From: a virus
Lineage: Duplodnaviria > Caudoviricetes
Reading direction: 5' to 3' (one strand)
IMG/VR virus record: IMGVR_UViG_3300005526_000001
Location: 1-58,734 of that record
Length of the DNA: 58,734 nt
In this document: positions 17,201 through 26,433 of the stretch, piece after piece
Layout of the letters: each line of letters starts with the position of its first letter
How positions within the stretch are numbered: position 1 is the first letter of the stretch
The notes under the pieces: generated by a model
Seen by the model: only the letters and a program-made list of their open reading frames with translations
Told to the model about the DNA's origin: nothing
Database searches by the model: none
Program-made: the position numbers and the translations under genes

Positions 17201-17340
17201 TGTCTGTAGTTCGTTGGCGATACAAAGGTCATAGAGCTGCCCTGTGGGTTGGTACTAAACCTGTGGTTATACGCAGATCGCTTGTGTTTAGCCTCCATTA
17301 CGGCAATCAGCAACGCCAACGGTTAAAGATGTATGGTTAA
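17200..17340 (+). CDS. 46-aa basic mini-protein, putative fibre linker (not in ORF track)
   Basis: TAATG-coupled; MSVVRWRYKGHRAALWVGTKPVVIRRSLVFSLHYGNQQRQRLKMYG; shares motifs with both neighbouring fibre proteins. Confidence 0.7.
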   Translation: MSVVRWRYKGHRAALWVGTKPVVIRRSLVFSLHYGNQQRQRLKMYG

Positions 17341-20300
17341 CGGCCGCGCACGCTGGATACACCCAGGTAGACCTGCTGCCCGTCGTAGATGGGTTGGTAC
17401 TAAACCTCCGATTCCTACAGCGTACCAGGAGTTCCAGACTCAAGGCTATACAGGGCCAATAAACGTTGCTGGACCTCTTGGTGATAGTAACATCATTGGC
17501 GACGTATTTACGCTTAGTGCGCGTTCTAGGATAAACAGATTTTGGCTGTACGCAATGGCGACTGGCGGTGTAGCTAGCGATCAGAAGTTTAGAATACTGA
17601 TCTTCCCTACGTCTGGCGGAAGTCCTAACGGACAACAGCCTATTTACGCTAGCCCGGAATTCGGTCCAGGCGTTATTGCTCCTACTACTCCCAATTGGTA
17701 TGCCGTACCAGTTGACGTAGAGCTTGCTGCTGGTACATACGCATTTGAAATTTGGTCGAGCAGTTTTGCGGTTAGCGCGACTCAGATTTATACGACCAAT
17801 ACAGGCACGTCGTACTGGACTAACGGGTATTCCACGTATACAAGCACAGGTTTGCCTACTGCTACATTCACGACAAATACGTACACGAACGTTATCAACT
17901 ACATTGAATACGTTGCTGTCTCTGTTATACCGTATATGGGTCTTGTGCCATCCGGTACTGAAACCTACACGCCACCCGCCGTTTACACTGATAGTGCTAC
18001 TGTCGGACTCACATTTACACCTAACACATTTAAGGAGCTTACAAACTACATAGATCCCGCCGCTGACATTCATTCTGAATTCGGCCCCAACATTAACGTT
18101 CAAAACGAACTTACTAGTTTTGATACGTTAACTGATCCAGTAATTTGGCGTGTTCAAAGATTCATTCCTCCGAACAATTGTACTATCAGATCGTTGGGTT
18201 CAGTTCTTAGACAAGATGGTACTCCGACTGATCAATTAATTGTTGAGATTCGAGACGAGATTGCTGGAAAACCAGGTAATGTTATAGGTGGTACTCAAAT
18301 ATCGTATGAGGCACCTATATCTGGTAGCGCAACACTGGATAATAGAACCGTTGAAACAATACCTCTCTCTGCTACACTTGTTGGGGGTACAACGTATTAC
18401 ATTGTTTGGCGTCGATCTGGATCTTTAGATAACAGTAACTATTTTGGCGTTTATCTTTCGAATAAATATTCTCCGTTTGATAGTTCTACTTATAGTTCTA
18501 GTTCACATAATTTTGGCACTTTTACCAACGATGTCTATTTCGAACTTCGTTTTACAGATCAAACTACAGACGCGCATCTTACGCTTACACCTTCGGGTAC
18601 TGAAACACTTGTACCTTCAGTTCCTACGACAGATAGTGCTACTGTCGGACTCAAATTTACGCCATCTGTATCTGATATAGCAATTTATGTTGAATGCGCA
18701 CCAGATTATTCCACTTATTTTCCTGTAGCGACTGTTCAAACAAATGATAAAATTCTTAGTGATCCGGCTCAATGGGTTACTGAGACTTTTACTGCTAATT
18801 TAAGCGGAGAAGTAAGAATTCTTGAAACTTTGTTGAGAAAGGTAGGTTCACCTACAGATCAAGTCATTGTCGAGATACGTGATGTTAATGCAGGTAAACC
18901 TGGAACGACTATTTTTGCTAGTGGTACCTATAATGCGGCAGATGTAATAACAGGTACTCTCGGTTTGTGTAGAATTCCTATGACTAATTTCTCCCCATTG
19001 GTATCAGGAACCGGATATTTCGTTACATGGAGACGTAGTGGTGTTACAGATATTGTGAATAGATGTTATACTGAAGGTCAAGATGCGGTTCCGCCATTTA
19101 ATGGCGGAACGTATAACACAGTCGATGGAACATATACTCCTGGTGGTTTTTATGACAATTCAATTGCCCTTAGATATGACCAGGCTACTGATGCTCACCT
19201 CACGCTAGCGCTGTCAGGAAGTGAAACAGCACAACTCGCTGATACTGCTACAGTAAGTCTGGTATTCACGCCAAGTGCTGCGGAAACTCGACAACTCCAA
19301 GATTATTCTTACGATTATGTAGATGGGAATATCTCACATGCAGGAGAAGCCGGAGCCAGTACCGTAGGCATAGGTGCATCTGCTACTCAACAGCAGATAG
19401 CTGGCTCATTCGTACCATCATCTTCTTTTCATCTCGGTATGATCGAATTGGCTATAAATAGAGGTGGTACTTTGGTTGATAGTATATACGTTGAATTACG
19501 AGCAGATAGCAGCTCTCATCCATCAGGAACGGTATTAGCGACTTCACCTGCTATTTCCGATTCTTTCAGTGGTGGTAATAGATTATACAAATTCTACCTT
19601 GATTATGATCTTGTGTCGGGCACGAAATACTGGATTGTTGCTAACAGAACAGGAGCTTTTAGTGCCTCTAACATATATGCATGGTATACTACACGAATTG
19701 ATACATCAGCAAATATTGATTCACAATTCTGGAATGGAACAGCCTGGACAGCAGCATCTCTGAGTCAGTTTGCTTTCGGCCTCTACACACTCAATCCTGC
19801 TAGGGTCAACGGGCTTGTCCTCACACCATCCGGTAGTGAAACGTACACACCACCTACCGGTGTTGCTTATACAGATTCCGCAACGGCGGCTGTTTTATTC
19901 ACACCGTCAGGCACAGAACTACCTGCCAAGGAATACGTCGAAACCGCAACAGCGGCGGTTCTATTTACGCTTAGTGCTACAGAACTGAGAGAGGAGTTTG
20001 ATGCCGCAACCGTAGGATTCGTATTCACCTTAAGTGCGACTGAGCTTAAAGCGCGTGACCTTGTAGATACCGCAACGGTGACTGTTGTGTTTACGCCGAG
20101 CGTAAGCGAAATCCGTGAAGAGTTCGACGCCGCTACTGTGGGGTTCTTGTTCACGGTAAGCGCGACAGAGATACGAGAGAGGACAGACAGCGGTACAGTA
20201 CCGTTGTTGTTCACGACAAGTGCGGCAGAAATTGTTGTCTTGGTGGACAGCGGTATTGGCGCTGTCTTGTTCACGCTAAGCAGCACAGAAGTACGAGAGC

Positions 20301-21466
20301 GTGTAGATGCTAGCACAATCCCCGTCACTCTCATCCCGTCTGCGAGTGAGGTGCTAGCATCTACAGACTCTCTTACTTCTAGTGTTGTGTTTACAGTTAG
20401 CGCAACCGAAACTCTTGAGCGTACAGGTGCTGATAGCGATACCGGATTCGTAATCTTCACACCTAGTAGTACAGAAGTAGGACAATTTACCGAGGCTGCT
20501 GCGGTTAATCTCGTTATGGGAACCAGCGGGGTTGAAGCGGCAGCCTCGGTAGATTCTCAGACTTCTACGTTAAGTTTTACGGTAAGTGGAACTGACGTAT
20601 ACGGCGCAGGTGTAACGACTGTCGATACTGGCACTACTACTATTGCCCTATCCCCCAGTAGTAGTGACGTAACTGTATCGACAGACTCCCAAACCTCTGT
20701 CCTGGTAATGACCCCAACAGGACTAGAGATAAGGGAGATGACGGAGACTGGCTTAGTACCTCTCATAGTGGCGCCGCAGCCCACAGGGGAAACGCTAGTC
20801 TCCGTCGATTCTAGTACAAGCGTTGTATTGTTCACTCCAAGTGGTACTGAGTTTACTACTGCAACTGGCGCTGATTCGGGTGTAATCAACTTGCTGTTTA
20901 CGGAGTCGGCAAGCGAGATAGGCGCGTTCATAGAGACTAGTACTGCTACGGTCATTTTCGGACCGAGTAGTAGTGAAGTACTAGTCTCTATCGACACGCA
21001 GACCGCGCGTGTTACATTTACACCTTCTGGTACAGAAACTGCTGCGGTAGAGTACGTTGATGCTGCGACAAATGCGCTACGATTCAGTATTACTGCAACT
21101 GAGTTCATTACACATGAAGTAGGCGATGCTGCTACTGTACCCATCTCGTTTACTATTACAACTACTATCGAGATCGCAGCACTAGTCGATAGTGCGGTCG
21201 CTTTTGTTGTCTTGACTCCTTCGACCGTAGAAGTTGTAATCGGGGTTGATGCAGATACCGTACCTCTGCTGTTCACAATTACCAGCTTTGAGACTCCGCC
21301 GATCATTCCTGCCGAATTTATCGCAAGGTTAGTTAGCACTCGCTGGGTTTACGCCTGTAGAGGCCAGCGTACCACCTGTGCTCTGCAAGAAAGGTACGCC
21401 GGTGTTGCCAAAGGGCAGCAATACAGTGCCGACAAAGAGGATAGGTGGTCACTATCTATACGCTAA
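17333..21466 (+). CDS. Long modular fibre protein: four globular domains plus about 30 stalk repeats
   Basis: One DUF4082-like and three related domains (VEIR...GKPG...L..GT.Y.I...R.G); repeat D-x-A-T-V-x-L-x-F-T-P-S-x-x-E. Confidence 0.85.
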   Translation: MVNGRARWIHPGRPAARRRWVGTKPPIPTAYQEFQTQGYTGPINVAGPLGDSNIIGDVFTLSARSRINRFWLYAMATGGVASDQKFRILIFPTSGGSPNGQQPIYASPEFGPGVIAPTTPNWYAVPVDVELAAGTYAFEIWSSSFAVSATQIYTTNTGTSYWTNGYSTYTSTGLPTATFTTNTYTNVINYIEYVAVSVIPYMGLVPSGTETYTPPAVYTDSATVGLTFTPNTFKELTNYIDPAADIHSEFGPNINVQNELTSFDTLTDPVIWRVQRFIPPNNCTIRSLGSVLRQDGTPTDQLIVEIRDEIAGKPGNVIGGTQISYEAPISGSATLDNRTVETIPLSATLVGGTTYYIVWRRSGSLDNSNYFGVYLSNKYSPFDSSTYSSSSHNFGTFTNDVYFELRFTDQTTDAHLTLTPSGTETLVPSVPTTDSATVGLKFTPSVSDIAIYVECAPDYSTYFPVATVQTNDKILSDPAQWVTETFTANLSGEVRILETLLRKVGSPTDQVIVEIRDVNAGKPGTTIFASGTYNAADVITGTLGLCRIPMTNFSPLVSGTGYFVTWRRSGVTDIVNRCYTEGQDAVPPFNGGTYNTVDGTYTPGGFYDNSIALRYDQATDAHLTLALSGSETAQLADTATVSLVFTPSAAETRQLQDYSYDYVDGNISHAGEAGASTVGIGASATQQQIAGSFVPSSSFHLGMIELAINRGGTLVDSIYVELRADSSSHPSGTVLATSPAISDSFSGGNRLYKFYLDYDLVSGTKYWIVANRTGAFSASNIYAWYTTRIDTSANIDSQFWNGTAWTAASLSQFAFGLYTLNPARVNGLVLTPSGSETYTPPTGVAYTDSATAAVLFTPSGTELPAKEYVETATAAVLFTLSATELREEFDAATVGFVFTLSATELKARDLVDTATVTVVFTPSVSEIREEFDAATVGFLFTVSATEIRERTDSGTVPLLFTTSAAEIVVLVDSGIGAVLFTLSSTEVRERVDASTIPVTLIPSASEVLASTDSLTSSVVFTVSATETLERTGADSDTGFVIFTPSSTEVGQFTEAAAVNLVMGTSGVEAAASVDSQTSTLSFTVSGTDVYGAGVTTVDTGTTTIALSPSSSDVTVSTDSQTSVLVMTPTGLEIREMTETGLVPLIVAPQPTGETLVSVDSSTSVVLFTPSGTEFTTATGADSGVINLLFTESASEIGAFIETSTATVIFGPSSSEVLVSIDTQTARVTFTPSGTETAAVEYVDAATNALRFSITATEFITHEVGDAATVPISFTITTTIEIAALVDSAVAFVVLTPSTVEVVIGVDADTVPLLFTITSFETPPIIPAEFIARLVSTRWVYACRGQRTTCALQERYAGVAKGQQYSADKEDRWSLSIR

Positions 21467-21744
21467 ATACAGGAACGAAAGAGATTCTGATGGTAGACAT
21501 TGCCGACAAGCTCGGAGAGGTTACAGACCTGACAAATATTTCTGTAGACTTTCGTGTTCTGACAGAAGAAGAGGAAATTCAGCAGGATTGGTCGCCTGTT
21601 AACCTGAAAGAAGGAATGCGAGTGTTCCCTCTTATTGATACAACCGTGGGAACGTGGGAAGAAGGCACATACAAGTTGTATATTCGTCCTTCGATCGGTC
21701 CTGAATCTCCTGTACTCGGGCCTATGGAATTCGGGTTGAGTTAA
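21445..21744 (+). CDS. Small Ig-like adaptor protein (paralogue of 14677..14973)
   Basis: End-to-end similarity with 14677..14973. Confidence 0.8.
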   Translation: MVTIYTLNTGTKEILMVDIADKLGEVTDLTNISVDFRVLTEEEEIQQDWSPVNLKEGMRVFPLIDTTVGTWEEGTYKLYIRPSIGPESPVLGPMEFGLS

Positions 21745-21746
21745 TA

Positions 21747-23168
21747 GTGGCTAGAACTGAACCAGCGATTAGTCGTGAAAAGCTGTTCAAGGAGATTGAC
21801 TATGAGCCGCATTCACCCGAACAGTGGGCCATACATAGATCCGATGCAAGATACCGTGTACCGTGTTGCGGTCGTCGTTGGGGTAAATCAACATGGGCTG
21901 GTCATGAAGCTACATACAAGATGTTTATGCCTGACTCTTACAATTGGATAGTCGGCCCGGATTATGGACTTGGAGAGAAAGAGTTTCGTGTTGTCTACAA
22001 CGACTTTAAGAAACTAAAGCTGCTCAAATACTGCAAGACTTCGTATAACGTCAAGCAAGGTGATATGCGAATCTACTTCACTGATCTTAATAGCATATTG
22101 GAAGTGAAATCTGCCGAACGTCCTAAGTCACTCGTTGGCGAAGGACTCGATCACGTAATTATGAGTGAGGCTGCGAAGCACAATATGAGTACATGGCAGA
22201 TGTATGTGCAGCCTGCGCTTACGGACAAACGCGGTAGTGCCGACTTCCCTAGTACGCCACAGGGATTCAATTGGTACGAGGGACTGTATCAGTTAGGGCA
22301 GCATCCAGAGATACCTGAGTATGCGTCTTGGAGACTGCCTAGCTGGACTAACCCTGCGATCTTTCCTACTGGATTTGATCCTCAATGCGAGAACATTGTT
22401 GATGGTCGTCATCACGATATGATGAGTTGTCACTGTGACGGAGAGCTAATTCAAATCTATAATACAGTTAGTTGGATGTTCTGGCTGCAAGAGTACGGAG
22501 CTGAGTTCACAGCGTTTGAGGGTCTTATCTATCCCGAGTGGGATGAACGAATCCACGTACAGGAATTTGAATACGAACCTAAGTGGAAAAATTGGTGGGG
22601 ACTAGACTTCGGATACTCAGATCCGTTTGTTTGTCTTGATATTATGATTGACCCATCGGATAGAATTTACGTGTGGCGTGAATACGTTGTTAGTTATAAG
22701 AGCACAGTCGAACATGGTCAGATTCTTAAGAACCGAGAAAGTCCTAAAGGTTTTCATGTTGATGCTATAGCAGCAGATCCACGTGGTGCAGACGAGATTG
22801 CCACGTTAGCTTTTACTCTTGGTAGTATAGTATCGAATCCTCAGGGTGTTGGTCTTGGTATAGAGGCTATCAAGGAGGCTATGCGGGTGCGTGAAGATGG
22901 ATCGCCTGGGTTAATTATTCATCCTAGATGCGAGAATACGATTAAGAGTCTCAGTACCATACATGCTAGTGGCAACAAGCCTGGGTATGAATTAACTCGT
23001 GGGCAATTCGACCATCCGGCAGATGCACTTAGGTATTTCTTTAACGAGTATATGGTCCTGGGTGGAAATCTCAACCTGGCCGACGTGTATAGTGGCTATA
23101 ACAGCACCGAAGCAGCCGGCTTTTTCAAGTATGAAAGTGCTATAACCCTGGATACGCGGTTCAGCTAA
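21747..23168 (+). CDS. terL: Terminase large subunit
   Basis: Walker A GRRWGKS, Walker B-like HVIMSE, coupling STPQG, nuclease GLDFG...DHPADALRY. Confidence 0.95.
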   Translation: MARTEPAISREKLFKEIDYEPHSPEQWAIHRSDARYRVPCCGRRWGKSTWAGHEATYKMFMPDSYNWIVGPDYGLGEKEFRVVYNDFKKLKLLKYCKTSYNVKQGDMRIYFTDLNSILEVKSAERPKSLVGEGLDHVIMSEAAKHNMSTWQMYVQPALTDKRGSADFPSTPQGFNWYEGLYQLGQHPEIPEYASWRLPSWTNPAIFPTGFDPQCENIVDGRHHDMMSCHCDGELIQIYNTVSWMFWLQEYGAEFTAFEGLIYPEWDERIHVQEFEYEPKWKNWWGLDFGYSDPFVCLDIMIDPSDRIYVWREYVVSYKSTVEHGQILKNRESPKGFHVDAIAADPRGADEIATLAFTLGSIVSNPQGVGLGIEAIKEAMRVREDGSPGLIIHPRCENTIKSLSTIHASGNKPGYELTRGQFDHPADALRYFFNEYMVLGGNLNLADVYSGYNSTEAAGFFKYESAITLDTRFS

Positions 23169-23184
23169 TGTACGGGTTCAGCTA

Positions 23185-24708
23185 ATGGCTCGCTTCCCAC
23201 GCCTAAAACGCAAAGAATCAACACCAGCCCGTCAAGTGACGGGAACGACGTATTCTGCGTCTGGCGCATCTAACGTAGATAAACCGTCTCTTGCGGAGAT
23301 TGGTAGTTCTGCATCATCGACTATAATCGACGCTGTACCCGATCTACAGGCTGGGTATCAGGAAGTACGTACTTACTTAAGAATGGTTCGTGACGATGCC
23401 AGCGTGCGTGTAAGTCTGCGGGCAGGTAAAGCACCTGTGCTTGGTGCTGAATACTTCGTCGAACCTTATAGCGCAGATCCTCAGGATCTAGCTATTCAAG
23501 AGTTCGTGGAGTTTAACCTTTTTAATGGTATGACAACGCCGTGGATATACGTGTTGTCGCAGATACTACAAATGTACGAGGCGAAGCGTACCGTATTTGA
23601 AACCGTATGGGAACAGCGCGAGTGGGCGCCTCGTAAGAGTACTCCTGGTGCAAACCGCAAACAATATACAATGCTTCGTAAGCTCGCGTTCAGACCTCCT
23701 GCTACTGTTACCAAGATTAACTACGATGACAATGGTGGACCTATAGAGGTTATTCAGAGTGCTATAGATAAGGATGGTAAAGCTAAAGAAGTTAAAATCC
23801 CGATTGGTAAGTGTATCGTATTTGTATTCGATCAACAAGGTGGCGCACTTGAGGGTATGTCGATCTTAAGAAGTGCGTACAAACATTGGTGGTACAAGAA
23901 TAGACTGTATAATATTGATTCTATTCAGAAGGAGAGACACGGTATTGGTATCCCTGATATTGAAATTTCACCTGGTGCATCGCAAAGGGATATTGCGTTG
24001 GCACACGAATTGGGACAAAATCTACGAACAAACGAGAAAGCTTACATCGTCAGACCACCGACGATTCAAGTAGGTTTTGCACAAACACATGGTCAGCTAG
24101 TTGACGTACTTAGATCGGCTGAACACCATGATACCGCGATCATGAAAAACATCATGGTGCAATTCTTGAACATGGGTGCTACTACAGAAGGTGGCGGATC
24201 AAGAGCAGCCGGTGCGAGTCAGATGGATATGTTTTTGAAGGCCATGCGTTATGTGGCAGCTTCTATCTGCGATTGTATCAATATGTTTCTGATTCCGAGT
24301 ATGGTAGCTTACAACTTCCCGACAGATAGATTTCCTAAGATATCGGTCAGGGGTGTAGGAGAGGCAAAAGACCTACAAATGTTTTCCGCAGCTATGCGTA
24401 ACTTGCTTGATTGCGACGCCATTACAATTGATGAAGATACCGAACAATGGATTCGTGCTCAGATGGATATGCCGCGTCTTACTACCGAATGGAAGCCTGC
24501 TATTGAAAGACCAGAAAGAGTACAAGCTCTGTTGCAGGGTAACATCGCTGGTCCCGGTGGTCAGATTGCTCCCGGTGGGCCGAATGGTAATGTACCTATA
24601 CCGGGGGCTGGTAAGCCGGGAGATGCGTCACCTAGAAAAGCAGGAAGTACGAGCAAGAATGGTGGAGCAGGTAATATTGGCAAGTCCGAAAGTAGCGCGG
24701 CGGTATGA
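23185..24708 (+). CDS. Portal protein (Mu gp29/DUF935-like)
   Basis: Follows TerL; GMSILRSAYKHW, ERHGIGIP and GGSRAAG motifs. Confidence 0.9.
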   Translation: MARFPRLKRKESTPARQVTGTTYSASGASNVDKPSLAEIGSSASSTIIDAVPDLQAGYQEVRTYLRMVRDDASVRVSLRAGKAPVLGAEYFVEPYSADPQDLAIQEFVEFNLFNGMTTPWIYVLSQILQMYEAKRTVFETVWEQREWAPRKSTPGANRKQYTMLRKLAFRPPATVTKINYDDNGGPIEVIQSAIDKDGKAKEVKIPIGKCIVFVFDQQGGALEGMSILRSAYKHWWYKNRLYNIDSIQKERHGIGIPDIEISPGASQRDIALAHELGQNLRTNEKAYIVRPPTIQVGFAQTHGQLVDVLRSAEHHDTAIMKNIMVQFLNMGATTEGGGSRAAGASQMDMFLKAMRYVAASICDCINMFLIPSMVAYNFPTDRFPKISVRGVGEAKDLQMFSAAMRNLLDCDAITIDEDTEQWIRAQMDMPRLTTEWKPAIERPERVQALLQGNIAGPGGQIAPGGPNGNVPIPGAGKPGDASPRKAGSTSKNGGAGNIGKSESSAAV

Positions 24709-24709
24709 T

Positions 24710-24877
24710 ATGGCTACGTTGGAAAAAGCCTACACTTTAGCTGAGGTAGATATGCAATTGGAATTTCTAACCAATATCCTTGAGTACTCTGAAAATAGTG
24801 ATAGAGAGAAGTGCTTGATAGAAATAGATGTATGGTTAGATAGACGGATTGAGGTAGTGGGAAAGTATGCCGACTAA
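24710..24877 (+). CDS. Small hypothetical protein (55 aa)
   Basis: ATG right after portal stop, MATLEKAY... Confidence 0.6.
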   Translation: MATLEKAYTLAEVDMQLEFLTNILEYSENSDREKCLIEIDVWLDRRIEVVGKYAD

Positions 24878-26417
24878 ACCTGGCACACGTCCCATGAAGC
24901 CCCTATCTAAGGGTATGGGTCTTTATCAGGTTTTCTACCGGCCAAAAGAAGGTCCGGCCGGAAAACCGTGGGGAGTTTTTAATTTACGCACACGGGACGT
25001 AAACGGTCGATGGCACTCGACAAAGGAGGAAGCACTAGCACAGGCAAGGGCCATTTACGCGAGACTAGGAGACAAAGCGAAAGTGCATAGCGAAATGCAT
25101 AACGCATTCTTCTGTTTCGCTGATACACTCACCGTGCCTCAGGATGGGTTGACATATCTTGAAGCTATCGAAGCCAAGACGTATCACACTCCTGCATATG
25201 GGCCGGTGGAAATCACGGATCAGAAGATCCAAAACTTCATCAGGAATTTTCGTGATGGGGTACGTGGACAAGAGATTGCCATTAACTACGAGCATGGTAT
25301 TGACGTAGCAAAGGGCAATAAAGCAGCAGGTTGGTTGCGCGATGCCGTCATTAAAGACAACAAGTTGATGCTTGGTATCGACTTCACTGAACCTGCAAAG
25401 AACGAACTCAAGAATAAAGAGTGGAAGTACTTTTCTTTGGAGTGGGATGATGAATGGCTGCATCCTGATGGTGAGGAAATCCAAGACGTAATCATAGGTG
25501 GTGCATTGACTAATCGGCCGATTGCTAAGAATCTTATGCCGATTAATTTTTCTGAGTTGTTTGTCGAGGTAGATCGGACAGACGAATCAAAAGAACTTGA
25601 ACATTCTGATCCTGGTACTGGTAGTCCTCCTGCTCCTCGTAGAGATGAAGATGGTTCAGATGATCCTGCAATCGGTGGAGGATGGAGAAGGAATACGCCG
25701 CCTATAGCTGATCCTAATAATCCTTCATATGAACCCCCTGTAGATACCAACAACGGAAAGCCGAAGGGAGGTACCGCTGTGCCTTTTGAACTCCGTGACA
25801 ACGTTGCTCACGAACTTCTGCGTGTGCTTGATTTGCCTGTAGATGCTGGCGATGAGCAAGTACTCGATGCTACGAAGAAGAAGTTTGGTGAGCTGGTTGA
25901 TCTTCGTAATGCTGTCGAGGCGGAAGATCAGGAGCGGAAGTTCGCTGAGAAGTATCCGCAGTATTGGGCAGAGCACAACGCTCTGATGGAACGCGATCGT
26001 GCTCATACTGCTCGTATGTTCGCTGAGTCGGTGCAGAGAGTATATAAGTCTGAGGGACTTGGTTTGCGTGAGACTCGTATGGGTCTGTCTACTGTTGCGC
26101 GTGAGAAGGTCGAAGAGGTACATCGTAAGTTTGGTGAGCGCACCGTGACTGTTGAGGATTATGAGGCTGCTATCAAGGCGATTATGAGTGGTGGCATTCT
26201 TGAGTTTGGTGAGCTTGGTTCTGGTACTGATGAGGATATTCCCGATATCGACACTAACTCTGCTACTGGTGTTGCTGGTGCTCGCAGATACTTCGCTGAG
26301 GTCGTTTCCAAGATTCAGCGTGAGAATCCTGAGCTGGAGTACATGGAGGCTGTTGAACAGGCTGCGAAGAAGCATCCTGATCTTGCAGCCGCATATCGAG
26401 TTACTCTACCGGCCTAA
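24867..26417 (+). CDS. Prohead protease-scaffold (Mu gpI-like)
   Basis: NYEH, AAGW, WKYFSLEW and GGALTNRP motifs; helical C-terminal scaffold. Confidence 0.9.
   Translation: MPTKPGTRPMKPLSKGMGLYQVFYRPKEGPAGKPWGVFNLRTRDVNGRWHSTKEEALAQARAIYARLGDKAKVHSEMHNAFFCFADTLTVPQDGLTYLEAIEAKTYHTPAYGPVEITDQKIQNFIRNFRDGVRGQEIAINYEHGIDVAKGNKAAGWLRDAVIKDNKLMLGIDFTEPAKNELKNKEWKYFSLEWDDEWLHPDGEEIQDVIIGGALTNRPIAKNLMPINFSELFVEVDRTDESKELEHSDPGTGSPPAPRRDEDGSDDPAIGGGWRRNTPPIADPNNPSYEPPVDTNNGKPKGGTAVPFELRDNVAHELLRVLDLPVDAGDEQVLDATKKKFGELVDLRNAVEAEDQERKFAEKYPQYWAEHNALMERDRAHTARMFAESVQRVYKSEGLGLRETRMGLSTVAREKVEEVHRKFGERTVTVEDYEAAIKAIMSGGILEFGELGSGTDEDIPDIDTNSATGVAGARRYFAEVVSKIQRENPELEYMEAVEQAAKKHPDLAAAYRVTLPA
25779..26417 (+). 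CDS. Nested in-frame scaffolding protein
   Basis: Internal GGGAGGT SD then GTG at 25779, in frame, after a Pro/Asp-rich linker. Confidence 0.65.
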   Translation: MPFELRDNVAHELLRVLDLPVDAGDEQVLDATKKKFGELVDLRNAVEAEDQERKFAEKYPQYWAEHNALMERDRAHTARMFAESVQRVYKSEGLGLRETRMGLSTVAREKVEEVHRKFGERTVTVEDYEAAIKAIMSGGILEFGELGSGTDEDIPDIDTNSATGVAGARRYFAEVVSKIQRENPELEYMEAVEQAAKKHPDLAAAYRVTLPA

Positions 26418-26433
26418 GGTGGTGATAGAGTAA

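Noticed and set aside
19867-21339. Long antisense ORFs (197 and 260 aa), and similar ones opposite scaffold and TMP
   Set aside because: Shadow frames of repetitive or codon-biased genes; no RBS or motifs
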